64,000 bases of DNA from Eledone cirrhosa (GCA_964016885.1 OZ024747.1:84134001-84198000); one strand, 5' to 3'. Shown: positions 41,832 to 53,881, counted from the first letter of the stretch. The notes: a model not told the origin generated them from the letters alone. A program made the numbers and translations.

Positions 41832-44800
41832 TTACAGATATATACTCAGAGTCGGCCCATTCACTCGGGCCATTCTTGCTTCTCTCACCCATCTTTCAAC
41901 AAAATGCTGGGAAGAGAGCACTTCCTTCTCTACTCTGATTTTCCTTTTCAAATGAAATTTGAAAAAGTCAATCAGAGCATCACCGAAGAGGTAAGTGCTC
42001 GTCTTCAGCCCTTTCAAACGTGTCCACCATACTATCTCTTTCGCCATGGCCACCAGACAGATAAAAACTGCCTGCCCTTCCCGGCTAAAGGAGGAGGGCG
42101 GGGCAATCCTCACGATAGACTCAGATGATAGCTGGATCCGTCCTAAACGCGACAGCAGGTGTTCGACATAAACCCACAAGTCAGCAATTTTCGGACACTG
42201 GACGAGTGCGTGCAGGACGGTTTCGTCGCCCTGCGCGCATCTCGGACATGCCCGGCTGACGGCACCTCCATGCCTGTAGAGTTTATCCCGAACTGGCAAG
42301 GCTCCTCGGTAGCACTGCCAGGCCAGAGATTTCTGGAAGTTGTCCATAGGCCCCGGCCCGAAAGTTCTTCCGAAGAGATTGGCTAGTTGATTTTCGTCGA
42401 CGCCTAGAGTTTCCCCAAGTACGTCGTCGCTCTTCCCCTCCACTAATCCTCTATAGAACGCCGAGGTGGAGTTTCCACCGATCACATTGCCCGATTGGTC
42501 GAGGGCTGTGAGCGCCTGAAGACATTCCAGTCTCCAGGCGCTCCCTCTCGGTCTTCGCTTGACCCAGGACTGCAGCTCCGTCAAGGAAACGAGCTGGGGA
42601 AAAACGCGTCTAGCAAACGGCGACCACACCTGATCACCGTCGAGGAAGAGGTGGAGATGTCGTAGCCTGAGCGCGTGCCTGCGCATCATCAGCCACGGCA
42701 TGCCCAGCCCTCCACGTAGCGGGTGTTGACAACAGATGGACCGCCTGACCATCGGAGCACGTCCCTTCCACAAAAAGCGAAAGAGCAAACGCTCCAGCGC
42801 AGTCAGGCGAGGCTTAGGACAAGGTACGACGGTTAGGCGGTAGCAGATGACAGACGCGATGTACGCGTTAGCCACCTCCGCTCGACCTTTCAGGGATAGC
42901 TTCCTCTCCGCCCATTTCTGGGTGAGAGAAGCCACCTTGCTCGTCACCTCGTCCCAGTTTTTGTCCGTCTGGAGGTCCGGACCGAACCAGACCCCTAGCA
43001 ATTTAACCGGTCCGTCCGTCCAGCGCCCGACGACGCTGTTGGACGGCATGGACCTGCCTCTCCAGGTGCCGAGCTGCAGGCCCACTGACTTTTCCTGGTT
43101 GATCATTGCTCCTGTCACCGCTTCGTATTCTCTTAGTGTAGTGCCGATCGCCTCGATGTGTTTGGCGTTCGACACCACTACGGTGACATCGTCCGCATAT
43201 GCTGACACGGATCTTCCGCATCCTAGTTCGCGCGGGACTCCCCTCAACGTCTCCAGTTTGTGCAGTAATGGCTCGAGAGTCAATACGTACAAGAGGGACG
43301 AGAGGGGACATCCTTGGCGGACCGAGCGCATGATGTTGAACGGTTCCGACAGGTGACCGTTCACTCTCACCACAGAGCAGATGTCGCTGTGCATGGCAGC
43401 GATCCAGCCTCTGAAGACGGGCCCAAAGCCAGCCGCCCTCAGGACTGCCGCTAGGTAACGATGGTCGACCCTATCGAAAGCTTTCGACTGATCTAAATTG
43501 ATCAAGGACCCACCCGTGCCAGGTTCCCTAGCTACCCTCTCTACGATGTATCGCATGAGGTGGAGGTTGTCGTGGATGGATCTGTCGGGAATGGCGCATG
43601 TCTGCGCCTCTCCCACCAGACCACCAACGACAAGCGCCAACCTCTTTGCTAGCACCTTGGCCAAAATCTTAAACTCTGTGTTTAGCAGAGTTATGGGCCG
43701 GAAATTGTCTATGTTATCCCCCTTGTTCGGATCCTTTCTCAGCAGTGCCACCGCTCCTCGGCTCACAGAACTGGGAATTCTCCCGTTCTGTTGCCAGTTG
43801 CAGTAGACGTCCGCTAAGAGGCCTCCGAACAAGTCTGGCATCTGTACGTAAAGTTCATAGGGCAGACCATCCAAACCAGGCGATTTACCCCTTGTGCAGC
43901 CAGTCATTGCCTCCCGTACTTCAGCGGCTGTTATCGGCTTTTCGCAACACTTCGCCTCAGTGGCCGAGAGCCGCGGCAGTCCGTCGAGGTAGACACTAAA
44001 GTCCATCCCTCTACCCGGCCCCCCGCTGCCCCCGAACAGCTGAGCGAAGTGTCGCTGAAAAGCTTCACACATTTGCCCGGGATCGAGTAGCATGCGCCCG
44101 TCGTGGTCCACCAAAGACCGGATCGTGGCTTTGTTGCCACGACGCGCCTCCGCCACTCGGGCCCATTGAACGGCTTTCGTCCCCTCGTGTCTGAGAGCAC
44201 GCACCCTAGCTCTGACAACGCAGCCTTCGTGCTTTGCATTGAAGAATTGGTCAAGGGCCAATTTCGCCGCAAGCACGTCGGTCGCAATGCCTTTGCTAAG
44301 CGCCTCGTCTAATTTTCTAACTAGTTCTCCCTCTGCTCTATTTTTCTCTATTGCTAAAGCCTTACTAAACCTAATCGATTCTATTCTAATCGCTCTTTTC
44401 AGAGCAAACCACCACTTGTTGTTGACGATGGCCCCCGTCAACGCCCGCTTAACTAGTTCGCTAATCCGGTCTCTGTAGGCCTTGCGCGCTGGTAAGGACG
44501 CGTTTAGCTTCCAGTAGCCGGGTCCTCGTCTATGAAGCCTATCTAAGTCAAGCACACAGGTCACGAATTTGTGGTCCGTGTAGCTGACTATCTTGAATTG
44601 TGGACAGCCTATGCTAGACCTATCTATTTCCCTACAAAATACTCTATCTAGATATGATCTGGATGACCCTATGCGGTTTGTCCAAGTCCACATTGGCACA
44701 TTCGGGAAATCCAATCGGTACCTGTCAGACAGTTCAAAACGCCTGAGCAGGTTGGTGAGGCTCTTGCACCCTCCACCCCTATCCGCTAATCCCACACAGT

Positions 44801-45251
44801 CCCAGCGTGCATCTAAGATCCCGTTCCAGTCGCCCACTAACACTAAAGAGCGGGACGTTCCAAGAAAGGTCTCCAGACGCCGGAAGAAATCAGGCCGCCC
44901 TGCTCCTGTCGGGGCATAGACGGCCACTAGCCTGAAAGCTTGCCCGTCTCCGCTGGTCACGTCCAGCACCACCAGCTTACCCTCTGGGTCCAGGAAGATG
45001 GCCCGTATGGCGAGATCCAAACCTCTCCGAAAAAGCACAGCAACTCCTCCACCCGATCCAGGACGGCTGGGAGATGCGTACACATCGTAGCCGCCGAAGA
45101 TCGGTGCGAAGGCCCGTGCTTCGGAGATTCTGGTCTCGCTGATGGCCACTACATCTATGTTTAGTGACCTGAGGTCGTTGAGCAGGTGACCCTGCTTCCA
45201 TGACGACCCCAAGCCACGCGCATTTATGCTGCCTATTCTGAGTGAGGTCAT
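41832..45251 (-). CDS. LINE ORF2p: APE endonuclease, reverse transcriptase, C-terminal zinc-binding domain (1139 aa)
   Basis: SINARGL, SET, VYAP, GDWN, SYLDR, TDH (APE); KSPGLDG, FRPITLLN, DQSKAFDRV, RQGCPLS, YADD (RT); CPRC..ETVLHALVQC. Confidence 0.97.
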   Translation of the reverse strand: MTSLRIGSINARGLGSSWKQGHLLNDLRSLNIDVVAISETRISEARAFAPIFGGYDVYASPSRPGSGGGVAVLFRRGLDLAIRAIFLDPEGKLVVLDVTSGDGQAFRLVAVYAPTGAGRPDFFRRLETFLGTSRSLVLVGDWNGILDARWDCVGLADRGGGCKSLTNLLRRFELSDRYRLDFPNVPMWTWTNRIGSSRSYLDRVFCREIDRSSIGCPQFKIVSYTDHKFVTCVLDLDRLHRRGPGYWKLNASLPARKAYRDRISELVKRALTGAIVNNKWWFALKRAIRIESIRFSKALAIEKNRAEGELVRKLDEALSKGIATDVLAAKLALDQFFNAKHEGCVVRARVRALRHEGTKAVQWARVAEARRGNKATIRSLVDHDGRMLLDPGQMCEAFQRHFAQLFGGSGGPGRGMDFSVYLDGLPRLSATEAKCCEKPITAAEVREAMTGCTRGKSPGLDGLPYELYVQMPDLFGGLLADVYCNWQQNGRIPSSVSRGAVALLRKDPNKGDNIDNFRPITLLNTEFKILAKVLAKRLALVVGGLVGEAQTCAIPDRSIHDNLHLMRYIVERVAREPGTGGSLINLDQSKAFDRVDHRYLAAVLRAAGFGPVFRGWIAAMHSDICSVVRVNGHLSEPFNIMRSVRQGCPLSSLLYVLTLEPLLHKLETLRGVPRELGCGRSVSAYADDVTVVVSNAKHIEAIGTTLREYEAVTGAMINQEKSVGLQLGTWRGRSMPSNSVVGRWTDGPVKLLGVWFGPDLQTDKNWDEVTSKVASLTQKWAERKLSLKGRAEVANAYIASVICYRLTVVPCPKPRLTALERLLFRFLWKGRAPMVRRSICCQHPLRGGLGMPWLMMRRHALRLRHLHLFLDGDQVWSPFARRVFPQLVSLTELQSWVKRRPRGSAWRLECLQALTALDQSGNVIGGNSTSAFYRGLVEGKSDDVLGETLGVDENQLANLFGRTFGPGPMDNFQKSLAWQCYRGALPVRDKLYRHGGAVSRACPRCAQGDETVLHALVQCPKIADLWVYVEHLLSRLGRIQLSSESIVRIAPPSSFSREGQAVFICLVAMAKEIVWWTRLKGLKTSTYLFGDALIDFFKFHLKRKIRVEKEVLSSQHFVERWVREARMARVNGPTLSIYL

Positions 45252-45286
45252 GTTTAAAATAGAGTGGAAAAGATGGGAAAGACCAC

Positions 45287-47383
45287 TTACCGTACTTTTG
45301 GTAGAGGAGGGATGGTTTTTACATCCCTTTTCACTTGATCGTCTGGTGAAGGGACCGTTGAATCGTCCCTTCGGCTGGTCGTCGGCTCTTCTAAGAGAAT
45401 GTCTGAATATACTCTTCGATTAATGGTTCCTCCTAGGTCCCTGAAATCACCAACTGCGTTGGGGAATTTCGTTTTAATGTTTGTGTATTGTTTCTGTGCT
45501 ATTTTTAGCAGTCTTATGTTAGTTGGCGTTTTGATTGGTGCTGGTATTATGTAGTCCTGTTGTGAAATGTCTGTGTGTTCAATTATGTAAGTCATTAGTT
45601 TCTTGTTGTGTGTGTTTATTGCCGTGCATTTGTTTTTCTGGGGGTGGGGTGTGGTTCTGCTATTTTCTTGTCGTTGTTGCTGGGTGTGTGTGTTTTGTTG
45701 TTGTGTTTGCGATGTTGGTGCTTGTGGTGGTGGTGTTGAAGGTGTTGTTGGCGGTGGGGTTGTCGCCGGTGGTGATGGTGGTGCTGGTGTGGGTGGTGAT
45801 GGTGTTGGTGGTGTTGCTGCTGTGGGTCTCTTTGCAGTAGACTTTACCCTTTTCTCATTTCTTTCCTCCCTTTTCAAAGGCGACGATGCGCTGCTTCTGC
45901 GTTTGTGCCTTCTTGAGACCTTTTGCCATCCCTCTCCCACCTCACACTCCATGTCTGATTCTGTAAGGTCGGGGAGGGGTACCAGCTCCACTCTTTCACT
46001 TGTTGTTGTTGGTGATGTTTGCACTGGAGTCTCTGTTGCAGCTGCATTTGGTATTGCTGTTGTTGTTGTTAATATTTCCACTGCTGCTGCTGTCTTTGAT
46101 TTCCGTGGAGTGGGTATGGGTGCCACGGACCTATCGTTCCTGGTTGCCGCTTGTCCTGTTGCTGGTAGCCGTGGAACCGGATTCGGGAGGAGGGGGGTTT
46201 TCTCCTTTCTCATGGTCTTCTCGTTGCAGAAGGCCCTGAGGTGAGTCTTCGATCCACAGCGAAAGCATTTCGGGCGTTTGCCCTCAACACTTATGGGCAG
46301 TTGAGTGCCGTTATCGAAGTCTATCACATCCGGGATAGCTTCGATGCACTCCTGGTTGGTTTGGATTAGCATCTCAATGGAGGAGCCGACCCAATCTTCT
46401 CTTACTTTTTTCTGTACTTGCAGTACAGTTGTTTTGTCCTCGATTCCGACGAGGACAGACGCGGCCAGCCAAGAAGGGGTCATTCCGGGGGGGACGTGGG
46501 TCAGTTTGACCCTCACAATTTTTTGCCCGCAGTAGGAGGGCACCAACACCATTTCCTCGCTCCTTAGGGTCACTACTGATTGGGCCTTTGCCTCCTGGGG
46601 TGTGGCAAAAAGTACGTCTACGGTGGCGTATTTTTTGCCTCGGGTGATGTGCGTTTTCCTCTGCCACACAGACCCCAAGGCTTTTTGTATTTGGGCCTCT
46701 GTGGCTCTTTCCACCCTACGGGATTTTGTACTTACTGTACGGTACGTGACCGTACAGTGCTCTTGGGTTTCGAAAAAATTTTTCGCTGCCTTGCAGATTG
46801 CTCGGTGTCCGTTCTTTGTCACCATCTTCTTCGCTTCCTCTAATTCCTCATTTGTTATGAGGATTGTTTCCAGGTTTTTCGCAATACCTGCAAATGAGAT
46901 TGGTTTTTCTCTGCTGTTGTTGTTGTCGTCAGAGCTGCTGGTACTTTTGTTGTTGCTGCAGGTACTACGACTACTGCCTCCGCCGCTGTTGCTGTGGTTG
47001 TTGTTGGTGTTGCTGCTGCTAATGCTGTTGTTGTTTATGCTGCTGGTGATGCTGTTGCGGCTGCTACTGTTGTTTTCATTGTCACTGTTGCTGTTGTTAT
47101 TACGGCTGCTACTGCTATTATTCCTGACGTCAGACGAATGAACTGGGTTTTCGTATTTCCCGCACACCTGTTTCGTCGCTGTCGTCGTCGTGGAGAAACC
47201 TTGCACGCTTTGCACGAGACTTTTCTTTTCTTTCGTCACTTGCGAAAGAGAAGGGAGGGAGAGAGACACATTTAAAGAAGGGAGGGAGAGAGACAATCTT
47301 CTCTCTGCTGTAGTGATGATTGAGGAAGAAGAAGACGGAATGAGTGGGAGTGACGTATGAAATTTCTTTTTTTTTGTAGCCAT
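45287..47383 (-). CDS. LINE ORF1p, gag-like with CCHC knuckle (698 aa)
   Basis: CFRCGSKTHLRAFC (CX2CX4HX4C); ends 35 nt upstream of ORF2; Ser/Asn and Pro/Thr low-complexity tracts. Confidence 0.85.
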   Translation of the reverse strand: MATKKKKFHTSLPLIPSSSSSIITTAERRLSLSLPSLNVSLSLPSLSQVTKEKKSLVQSVQGFSTTTTATKQVCGKYENPVHSSDVRNNSSSSRNNNSNSDNENNSSSRNSITSSINNNSISSSNTNNNHSNSGGGSSRSTCSNNKSTSSSDDNNNSREKPISFAGIAKNLETILITNEELEEAKKMVTKNGHRAICKAAKNFFETQEHCTVTYRTVSTKSRRVERATEAQIQKALGSVWQRKTHITRGKKYATVDVLFATPQEAKAQSVVTLRSEEMVLVPSYCGQKIVRVKLTHVPPGMTPSWLAASVLVGIEDKTTVLQVQKKVREDWVGSSIEMLIQTNQECIEAIPDVIDFDNGTQLPISVEGKRPKCFRCGSKTHLRAFCNEKTMRKEKTPLLPNPVPRLPATGQAATRNDRSVAPIPTPRKSKTAAAVEILTTTTAIPNAAATETPVQTSPTTTSERVELVPLPDLTESDMECEVGEGWQKVSRRHKRRSSASSPLKREERNEKRVKSTAKRPTAATPPTPSPPTPAPPSPPATTPPPTTPSTPPPQAPTSQTQQQNTHTQQQRQENSRTTPHPQKNKCTAINTHNKKLMTYIIEHTDISQQDYIIPAPIKTPTNIRLLKIAQKQYTNIKTKFPNAVGDFRDLGGTINRRVYSDILLEEPTTSRRDDSTVPSPDDQVKRDVKTIPPLPKVR

Positions 47384-47625
47384 GTTGTTTTTTGTTTAAA
47401 ATGAAATTTTGGGTACAAAACCCCAATAACTGATTATTTAACCCCGAAGGGCCAAATAACGGACAGAAAGACCCCTCTCACGAGGAGGAGGGTGTCTTTA
47501 TCAACAATTTGGTTCAAGTTTTAAACAATTTACAATTGTTTTAACGGTTAAAAATTACTATACCTTACAGAGCCGAGCCTCCGTCAACCATGGCATTCAA
47601 TAATAATAATAATAATAATAATAAT

Positions 47626-48480
47626 GTACTGAAGGAGAGGACAATAGACCAGGGGATGTCCAGGGAGGAAATAACAACAAGAGCAACCTTCATGAAAAAT
47701 CCCTTCATAGTGCCTTCTTTGAGAAAACTGAATTTAGAGATCCACTGACATGGAACTGGTTGAAAAGAGGAAACCTTAAAAAGGCTACAGAAGGAATGCA
47801 AATGGCTGCGCAAGAGCATGCCCTCAAAACGAAGTGGTTGAAACACCATATTTACAAGGAGGAGGCTAGCGCACTGTGTAGGATCTGTGGAGAGAGAGAG
47901 GGGAGACTGTGGCTCACATTGTATCCGAGTCACTAGCCCAGACTCACTGGCACCTATGCAAAGTAAACAATTTAACACATTCTGAGAAGTGGTATGACCA
48001 TAAGCCAGAGTCGGTGATGGAAAACGATCAGGTGAAGGTGCTGTGGGATTTTAGGATACAGACGGACAAGAAACTGGAACACAATAGACCTGACCTGGTG
48101 GTTTTGGACAATGGAAAAAGATCGTGCCTGATTGTGGATGTATCCTGCCCATTAGACACGAGAGTGCAAGAAAAGGATAGGGAGTAAATTAATCGATACC
48201 AGGACTTAAAGTGGGAAGTAAAAAGGATTTGGAACTGCCATGAGGTTAAAGTGGTCCCGATTGTCATAGGCGCACTAAGTACTATCTCAAAGAGTTTCCA
48301 AGGATGGTTAAAGAAAATTGGTCCCGCCCCGCTTTTTGGAACACTTCAAAAGGCATGCTTGCTGGGAACAGCAAGAACCCTCCGATACGTCCTGAATATC
48401 TAAGACTGCAGGTAGTGGCTTGATATTCATTTCAACAAACTTTCCAGTTAAATAACATCAATGACTGAGACTCAAAGAAC
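47626..48480 (+). mobile_element. 5'-truncated, decayed R4/Dong-like RLE retrotransposon
   Basis: AAQEHAL, CRICGE..ETVAHI, LWDFRIQTD..HNRPDLVV..IVDVSCP, VVPIVIGAL, LQKACLLGTARTLR*; internal stop at 48185; (AAT)n on both sides. Confidence 0.88.
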
Positions 48481-48494
48481 AATAATAATAATAA

Positions 48495-48706
48495 TAATTG
48501 TTTCTACTTTAGGCACAAGGCCAGCAATTTTTTGAAGGGGAGGGGAAAGTCGATGAAATCGACTCCAATGCAGGACTGGTGCTTTATTTTTCGACCCCGT
48601 AAGGATGAAAGGCAAAGCTGACCTTGGCGGGATTTAAGCTCGGAACGTAATGGGCCATAACTCTATACTGCGAAGCATGGTGTCCGACGATCTACCGATA
48701 CTGCCA
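48495..48706 (-). mobile_element. family-1 SINE between (AAT)n tracts
   Basis: Full motif set, inverted. Confidence 0.88.
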
Positions 48707-48726
48707 ATAATAATAATAATAATAAT

Positions 48727-50200
48727 ATTTTTCTTTATTAACCACAAGAGGGTTTACAAAAACTACACTAAGGACAACACAGGACGGTACAAATATGAGT
48801 TTCTGGGTGTATAAAAGAAAAACAAAAACAACTGATGTAACAGAAAAATCTTAAGAAAGGTAAATTCCCCAATAGGAGGGAAACTTCCGAGGGTCACTCG
48901 TGGAGAAAGCCCACAAAAAGCCACTGATACCCTGACCACCAGGGCAAGTGCCCTCTCCCAGTTTTCCACCTCCAATCTACAGGCGCATACTTAGAACAGG
49001 CCCATTCACTCGGGCCATGCTCACCCATCTTTCAACTAACTGTTGAGAAGGGAAACTTCCCTCTGCACTCTGATTTCCCTTTTCAAACGAAATTTGAAAA
49101 AGTTAATCAGGGCTTCGCTGAAGAGGTAAGTGCTCGTTTTCAACCCTTTCAAACGTGTCCACCACACACCCTCTTTCGCCATGGCCACCAGGCAGATGAA
49201 AACTCCTGTCCTTTCCGGCTAAAGGAAGGTGGTGGGGCAATATTCACGATGGACTCAGCAGATAGCCGGATCCATCCTACACGCGACATAAGGTGTTCGA
49301 CATAAACCCACGTGTCAGCAATGCTCGGACACTGGACAAGTGAATGCAGGGCGGTTTCAACACCCTGCGCGCATCTAGAACAGGTCCGGTTGACGGGACA
49401 TCTATGCCTGTAGAGTTTATCCCTAACTGGCAAAGTTCTTCGGTGGCACTGCCAGGCCAGGGATTTCTGGATATTTTCCATGGGCCCCGGCCCGAAAGTT
49501 TTCCGAAAGAGATTGGCTAGTTCATTTTCATCGACGCCCAGGGTCTCGCCAAGGACATCATCGCTCTTACCCTCCACTAACCCTCTATAGAATGCCACCG
49601 GCTTGAAAGTTCTCTGTAATGGACTGGGTAATTAGATTTCGTCGACGCCCATAGTTTGTCCGAGAAAGTCGTCGCAGTTGCCCACTACTAAGTCTCTATA
49701 GAACACTAAGGTGGAATTTCCACTGACCGCATTGCTTGACTGGTATGGGGATGTGAGCCAATGAGACGAGCTGTTGAAAGACCTGTCTCACAAACAGCGA
49801 CCATACTAGTTCACCGTTTAGGAATACCTGGAGATGCCGTAGCCTCAGCGCATGTTTGCCACGACCTGCCCAACCCCCCGATTAAAGGGTGTTTGCAGCA
49901 GATGGATCGCCTCACCAGTGGAACCTGTCCCTTACACAAAAAGTTGAAGAACAGGCGCTCCAATTTGGTGAGGCGCGGACGGGAGCAAGGTATGACGGCC
50001 AGGCGGTAATAGATGACGGACGCGATGAACGCATTCGCCACCTCCGTCCGATCTTTCAGGGATAGCTTCCTCTTGACCCATTTTTGGGCGAGTGTGTGTG
50101 TCCCACCCCGGTCGTAATCCCGTCCTAGTTTTTGTCCATTTGGAGGTCTGGACCAAATCAGACCCTGAACAATATCACCGGTCCATCCGTCTAGCGTTCG
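48727..50200 (-). pseudogene. 5'-truncated decayed Tx1 copy (two overlapping pieces)
   Basis: Homologous to 41575-43030; the FYRGLV..DD..LGVDE segment occurs twice (about 49525-49595 and 49637-49705); 3' end abuts (AAT)n. Confidence 0.9.
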
Positions 50201-50204
50201 CCAA

Positions 50205-51700
50205 CGTCAGCAATTTGGTTGAAGAGGAAAGTTAATTAAATCTACCACAATATTTGACTGGTACTATATGTTATCAACCCCGGAAGGATGAAAAGGAAAC
50301 TTGATCCCGTCAGGAGCTGAACTCAGAACGTAAAGAGTCGTAACTATATGCCGCAAAGCATTTTATCCGAGACTCTAATGAGTCTGCAAATCCAGCGCCC
50401 TTTGTTTCTAATTTAGGTACAAGTCCAGTAATTTGGAGAGAAGGAGAAAGTCAATTAAATTGACTTTGACACCAGAACTTGACTAGAACTTTCTTTTACC
50501 AACCTCGAAACGATGAGAGGCAAAGTTAACTTCGATGGAATTTGAACTCAGAACGCGAAGAGCTGAAATACAGCAAAGCTTTTGCCCTACATTCGGATGA
50601 TTCTGGCAGTTCAGAGTAAATATAATAAAGATTTCTAATATAAGCACAAGATCAATTTAAACTCAGACGTAAAAGGTTGTAACTAACTGCTGCAAAGCAT
50701 TTTGACCGGTGCTCTAATGATTCTACCAAGTGTTTAGGTTCATGACTCCTTATACTCTAAGGAGACTAGTCTGTATCTGGACATAACTACTCGGTGTCCT
50801 TTTGTTGACAACTTTTAACTACTTAACCTTCAGAAACATAGGTGTATGGGTCTACCCTTAATGCAATTCTCAAGACGAATCAGCATAACACAATATGTGA
50901 CTGGAGATTTGAATTACAGGTACAATCAACCCAACGGGATTCCACTTAGTTTCCGTCTACCCAGTTTCACTCACAAGGCTTGGGTCGAGCAGAGGCTATA
51001 GTAAACACACTTTCTTAACATATGATGCAGTAGGATCGAACTCGCAACCTCATTATTACAAAGCAAATTTGGGCATTCCTGTGCCCACTTACATGCCTGT
51101 GTCTTTCGCACAGACAACGAAAGCTCTATGAAGCTGCTCGATCCTTTTCTTTTAGGTAAGTCTGGCGCAAAGAGCTGTGCCCATGACTTTCTCAAACTCT
51201 GGTAGATAGGTGTGATTGATACCATTGAGTTCAAATCCCACCGAGGTCAATTTCGCCTTTCATCCTACCGGGGTTGATAAAATAAATTACTAGTCAAGTA
51301 CTGGAGTTGATTTAATCACCTTCGCCCAAATTTTCTGTCCATGTGCTTAAATTAGAAACCAATATTACTGAAAATATTGCGACTTGGCGGTTGGAAGATA
51401 AAGTCTGAAAGAAAGTCTGTCTTAAGCCATTTAAAACTCCTTATGCCAGTGCATATCCTGGTTTCATGACGTGAAGCGACTGAAAGTACAAGACTTCCCC
51501 TGGACAGGACGCCAGTCCATCGTAGGGTTAAATCCACAGCTATTACTGGTACTCATTTTCAGCTGAGTATACAGGAGCAACGTGAAATGAAATATTTTCC
51601 TCAAGAACACAACACAACCCAGCCCAGTAACCGAACCCACGATATTATGATCGTAAGTCCAACACCCTTACCACTAGGCCACTCACCTCCATAGGAAGCC
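50205..51700. mobile_element. SINE cluster (family 1 at 50210-50730 and 51225-51360; CORE-like at 50935-51095 and 51400-51695)
   Basis: B-box-like and core motifs shared with other copies. Confidence 0.7.
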
Positions 51701-51873
51701 AGCTAAGTGAGATTTCCTAACCTTACGGTTTATTATGGTCAAAACATTTCCTCAAACTTATGCGGCTTTGACAGAGGTACAAATCCATTGCATTACAAAA
51801 GTACAACAAAGCATAGACACGTACTTGTGTGTACGAATGTGTGTTCTTATACATATATGTGTGTGTGAGTGTG

Positions 51874-51916
<43 letters not shown>

Positions 51917-51941
51917 ATATATACATATATATATATACATG

Positions 51942-52061
<120 letters not shown>

Positions 52062-52215
52062 CACATATACACATAAGAATGTATGTGCATGTATATATAT
52101 ATATATATATACACATGTGTTTATGTATGTGTATATATATATATACATATATACACACACATATGTATGTATGTGCATGTATGTATGTATATATATTAAA
52201 TATATATATATAAAT

Positions 52216-52502
52216 ATCTTAGTTAAGAGAGTGGGACTGGCTTTGTGCAGTGCCTTTGCTCACTATAAAAGCTTCACGGCACATGCATTGCTTTATATCT
52301 GGAGATCTCTCTGCATTTGTCGTCACGTGGTACCATGGACCCAGCACTATGTGTCAATAATTGTCACAAGTGTAGTGTTTGTACCAGAGTTTTCAAGTCG
52401 CTGGCTGGACTAAAAAGTCACACTCGTTCAGCGCATCGGTAGGGGTTCTCCTACAGGGATATAAAGTAGTGGCCGTACTCGAAAACGAGTTGGCAGCCAC
52501 CA
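52216..52502 (+). mobile_element. non-autonomous RTE-derived element, truncated
   Basis: Near-identical to 53595-53881; (TA)n-rich flanks. Confidence 0.8.
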
Positions 52503-52546
52503 TATATATATACATGTATGCATATATACATACATATATGTATGTA

Positions 52547-52577
<31 letters not shown>

Positions 52578-52742
52578 GAAAATGTTCAAGAGCTCGACGG
52601 CAGAGCTCAAGACATTGTCGAAACGGCTTGAGCTCTGCCGTCCGGGTCTTGAACATTTTCCTATTACCCACTCTACTATCCAAAGTACCAAGTACTCTGG
52701 TGCGTTATGGTCCACCTGGTTCATTACCACACTTCCTTCGTT
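52578..52742 (+). mobile_element. family B fold-back element
   Basis: Arms about 52578-52610 / 52627-52660. Confidence 0.85.
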
Positions 52743-52769
52743 ATATATATATATATATATATATATATA

Positions 52770-52801
<32 letters not shown>

Positions 52802-53078
52802 CGGGAAAGGGAGGGAGAGAGCGGGAGAGAGGGGGAGAGAGAGACTGACAAATACACAAGCGTACAAAAAAAAAAGAGATGGAAACAAAGCAATGTTAAA
52901 CAAACAAAAAAAAAAGACCAGATGTCTGAAATAAACTTAGGAATAATTTATTGTGTATTTGAGGTGTAAATCTGTACACATCTGAAGATTTCAGGTGTAA
53001 TGTGTATATATATATAAGAGTGAAACTAATAAAGCTTTGTTAGAACTGCCTCTCTGTTTTGTTCCCGTTCCATTTTTC

Positions 53079-53142
<64 letters not shown>

Positions 53143-53288
53143 TATATGTATGTGTATATATATACAGTATATGTATATATATATATACATATATATATGT
53201 ATATATATACATATATGCATGTATATATACATGTATATATACAAATATATATGTTTATATATATGTATGTATATATATATATAAATAG

Positions 53289-53881
53289 CACCAGTTGGTG
53301 CTACTGGTAACATGTATCCCAGTACAACCTGTCTCATGGTCGGGTCGTTGGCGACTAAACTGGCAACCCCACCAAGGTTTCTTGGTGAGGAGGGTGACTT
53401 TGGACATCCTGCAGGACTAAAAACAAAACCTGTCAAAGGGCAAAGGAGCTCTTAAGAGTCAATGGCCATCCAAAATCACCGGGAGAGATGACCCCTTAGT
53501 CTTTGTCAAGGCACAATTCTAGGAGAAGGAAAACTCTGATATAACACCTGCAACTCTGATGGTATCCAATAATCTTGACTTTTTGGTAAATATCATCTTG
53601 GTTAAGAGAGTGGGACTGGCTTTGTGCAGTGCCTTTGCTCACTATAAAAGCTTCACGGCACAGGCATTGCTTTATATCTGGAGATCTCTCTGCACTTGTC
53701 GTCACATGGTACCATGGACCCAGCACTATGTGTCAATAATTGTCACAAGTGTAGTGTTTGTACCAGAGTTTTCAAGTCGCTGGCTGGACTAAAAAGTCAC
53801 ACTCGTTCAGCGCATCGGTAAGAGTTCTCCTACATGGATATAAAGTAGTGGCCGTACTCGAAAACGAGTTGGCAGCCACCA
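53289..53881 (+). mobile_element. non-autonomous bipartite RTE-derived element
   Basis: RTE-5'UTR-like CTAGGAGAAGGAAAACTCTGA joined to the C2H2 3' end with no APE/RT between; (TA)n flanks. Confidence 0.75.

Larger units (their letters stand above)
41570..47598 (-). mobile_element. full-length L1/Tx1-type LINE, about 6.0 kb
   Basis: Two intact ORFs; AATAAA about 10 nt from the 3' end; (AAT)n on both flanks (41505-41569, 47599-47625). Confidence 0.92.

Noticed and set aside
42159-47275. Plus-strand ORFs overlapping the LINE
   Set aside because: Antisense shadows of GC-rich or low-complexity coding sequence
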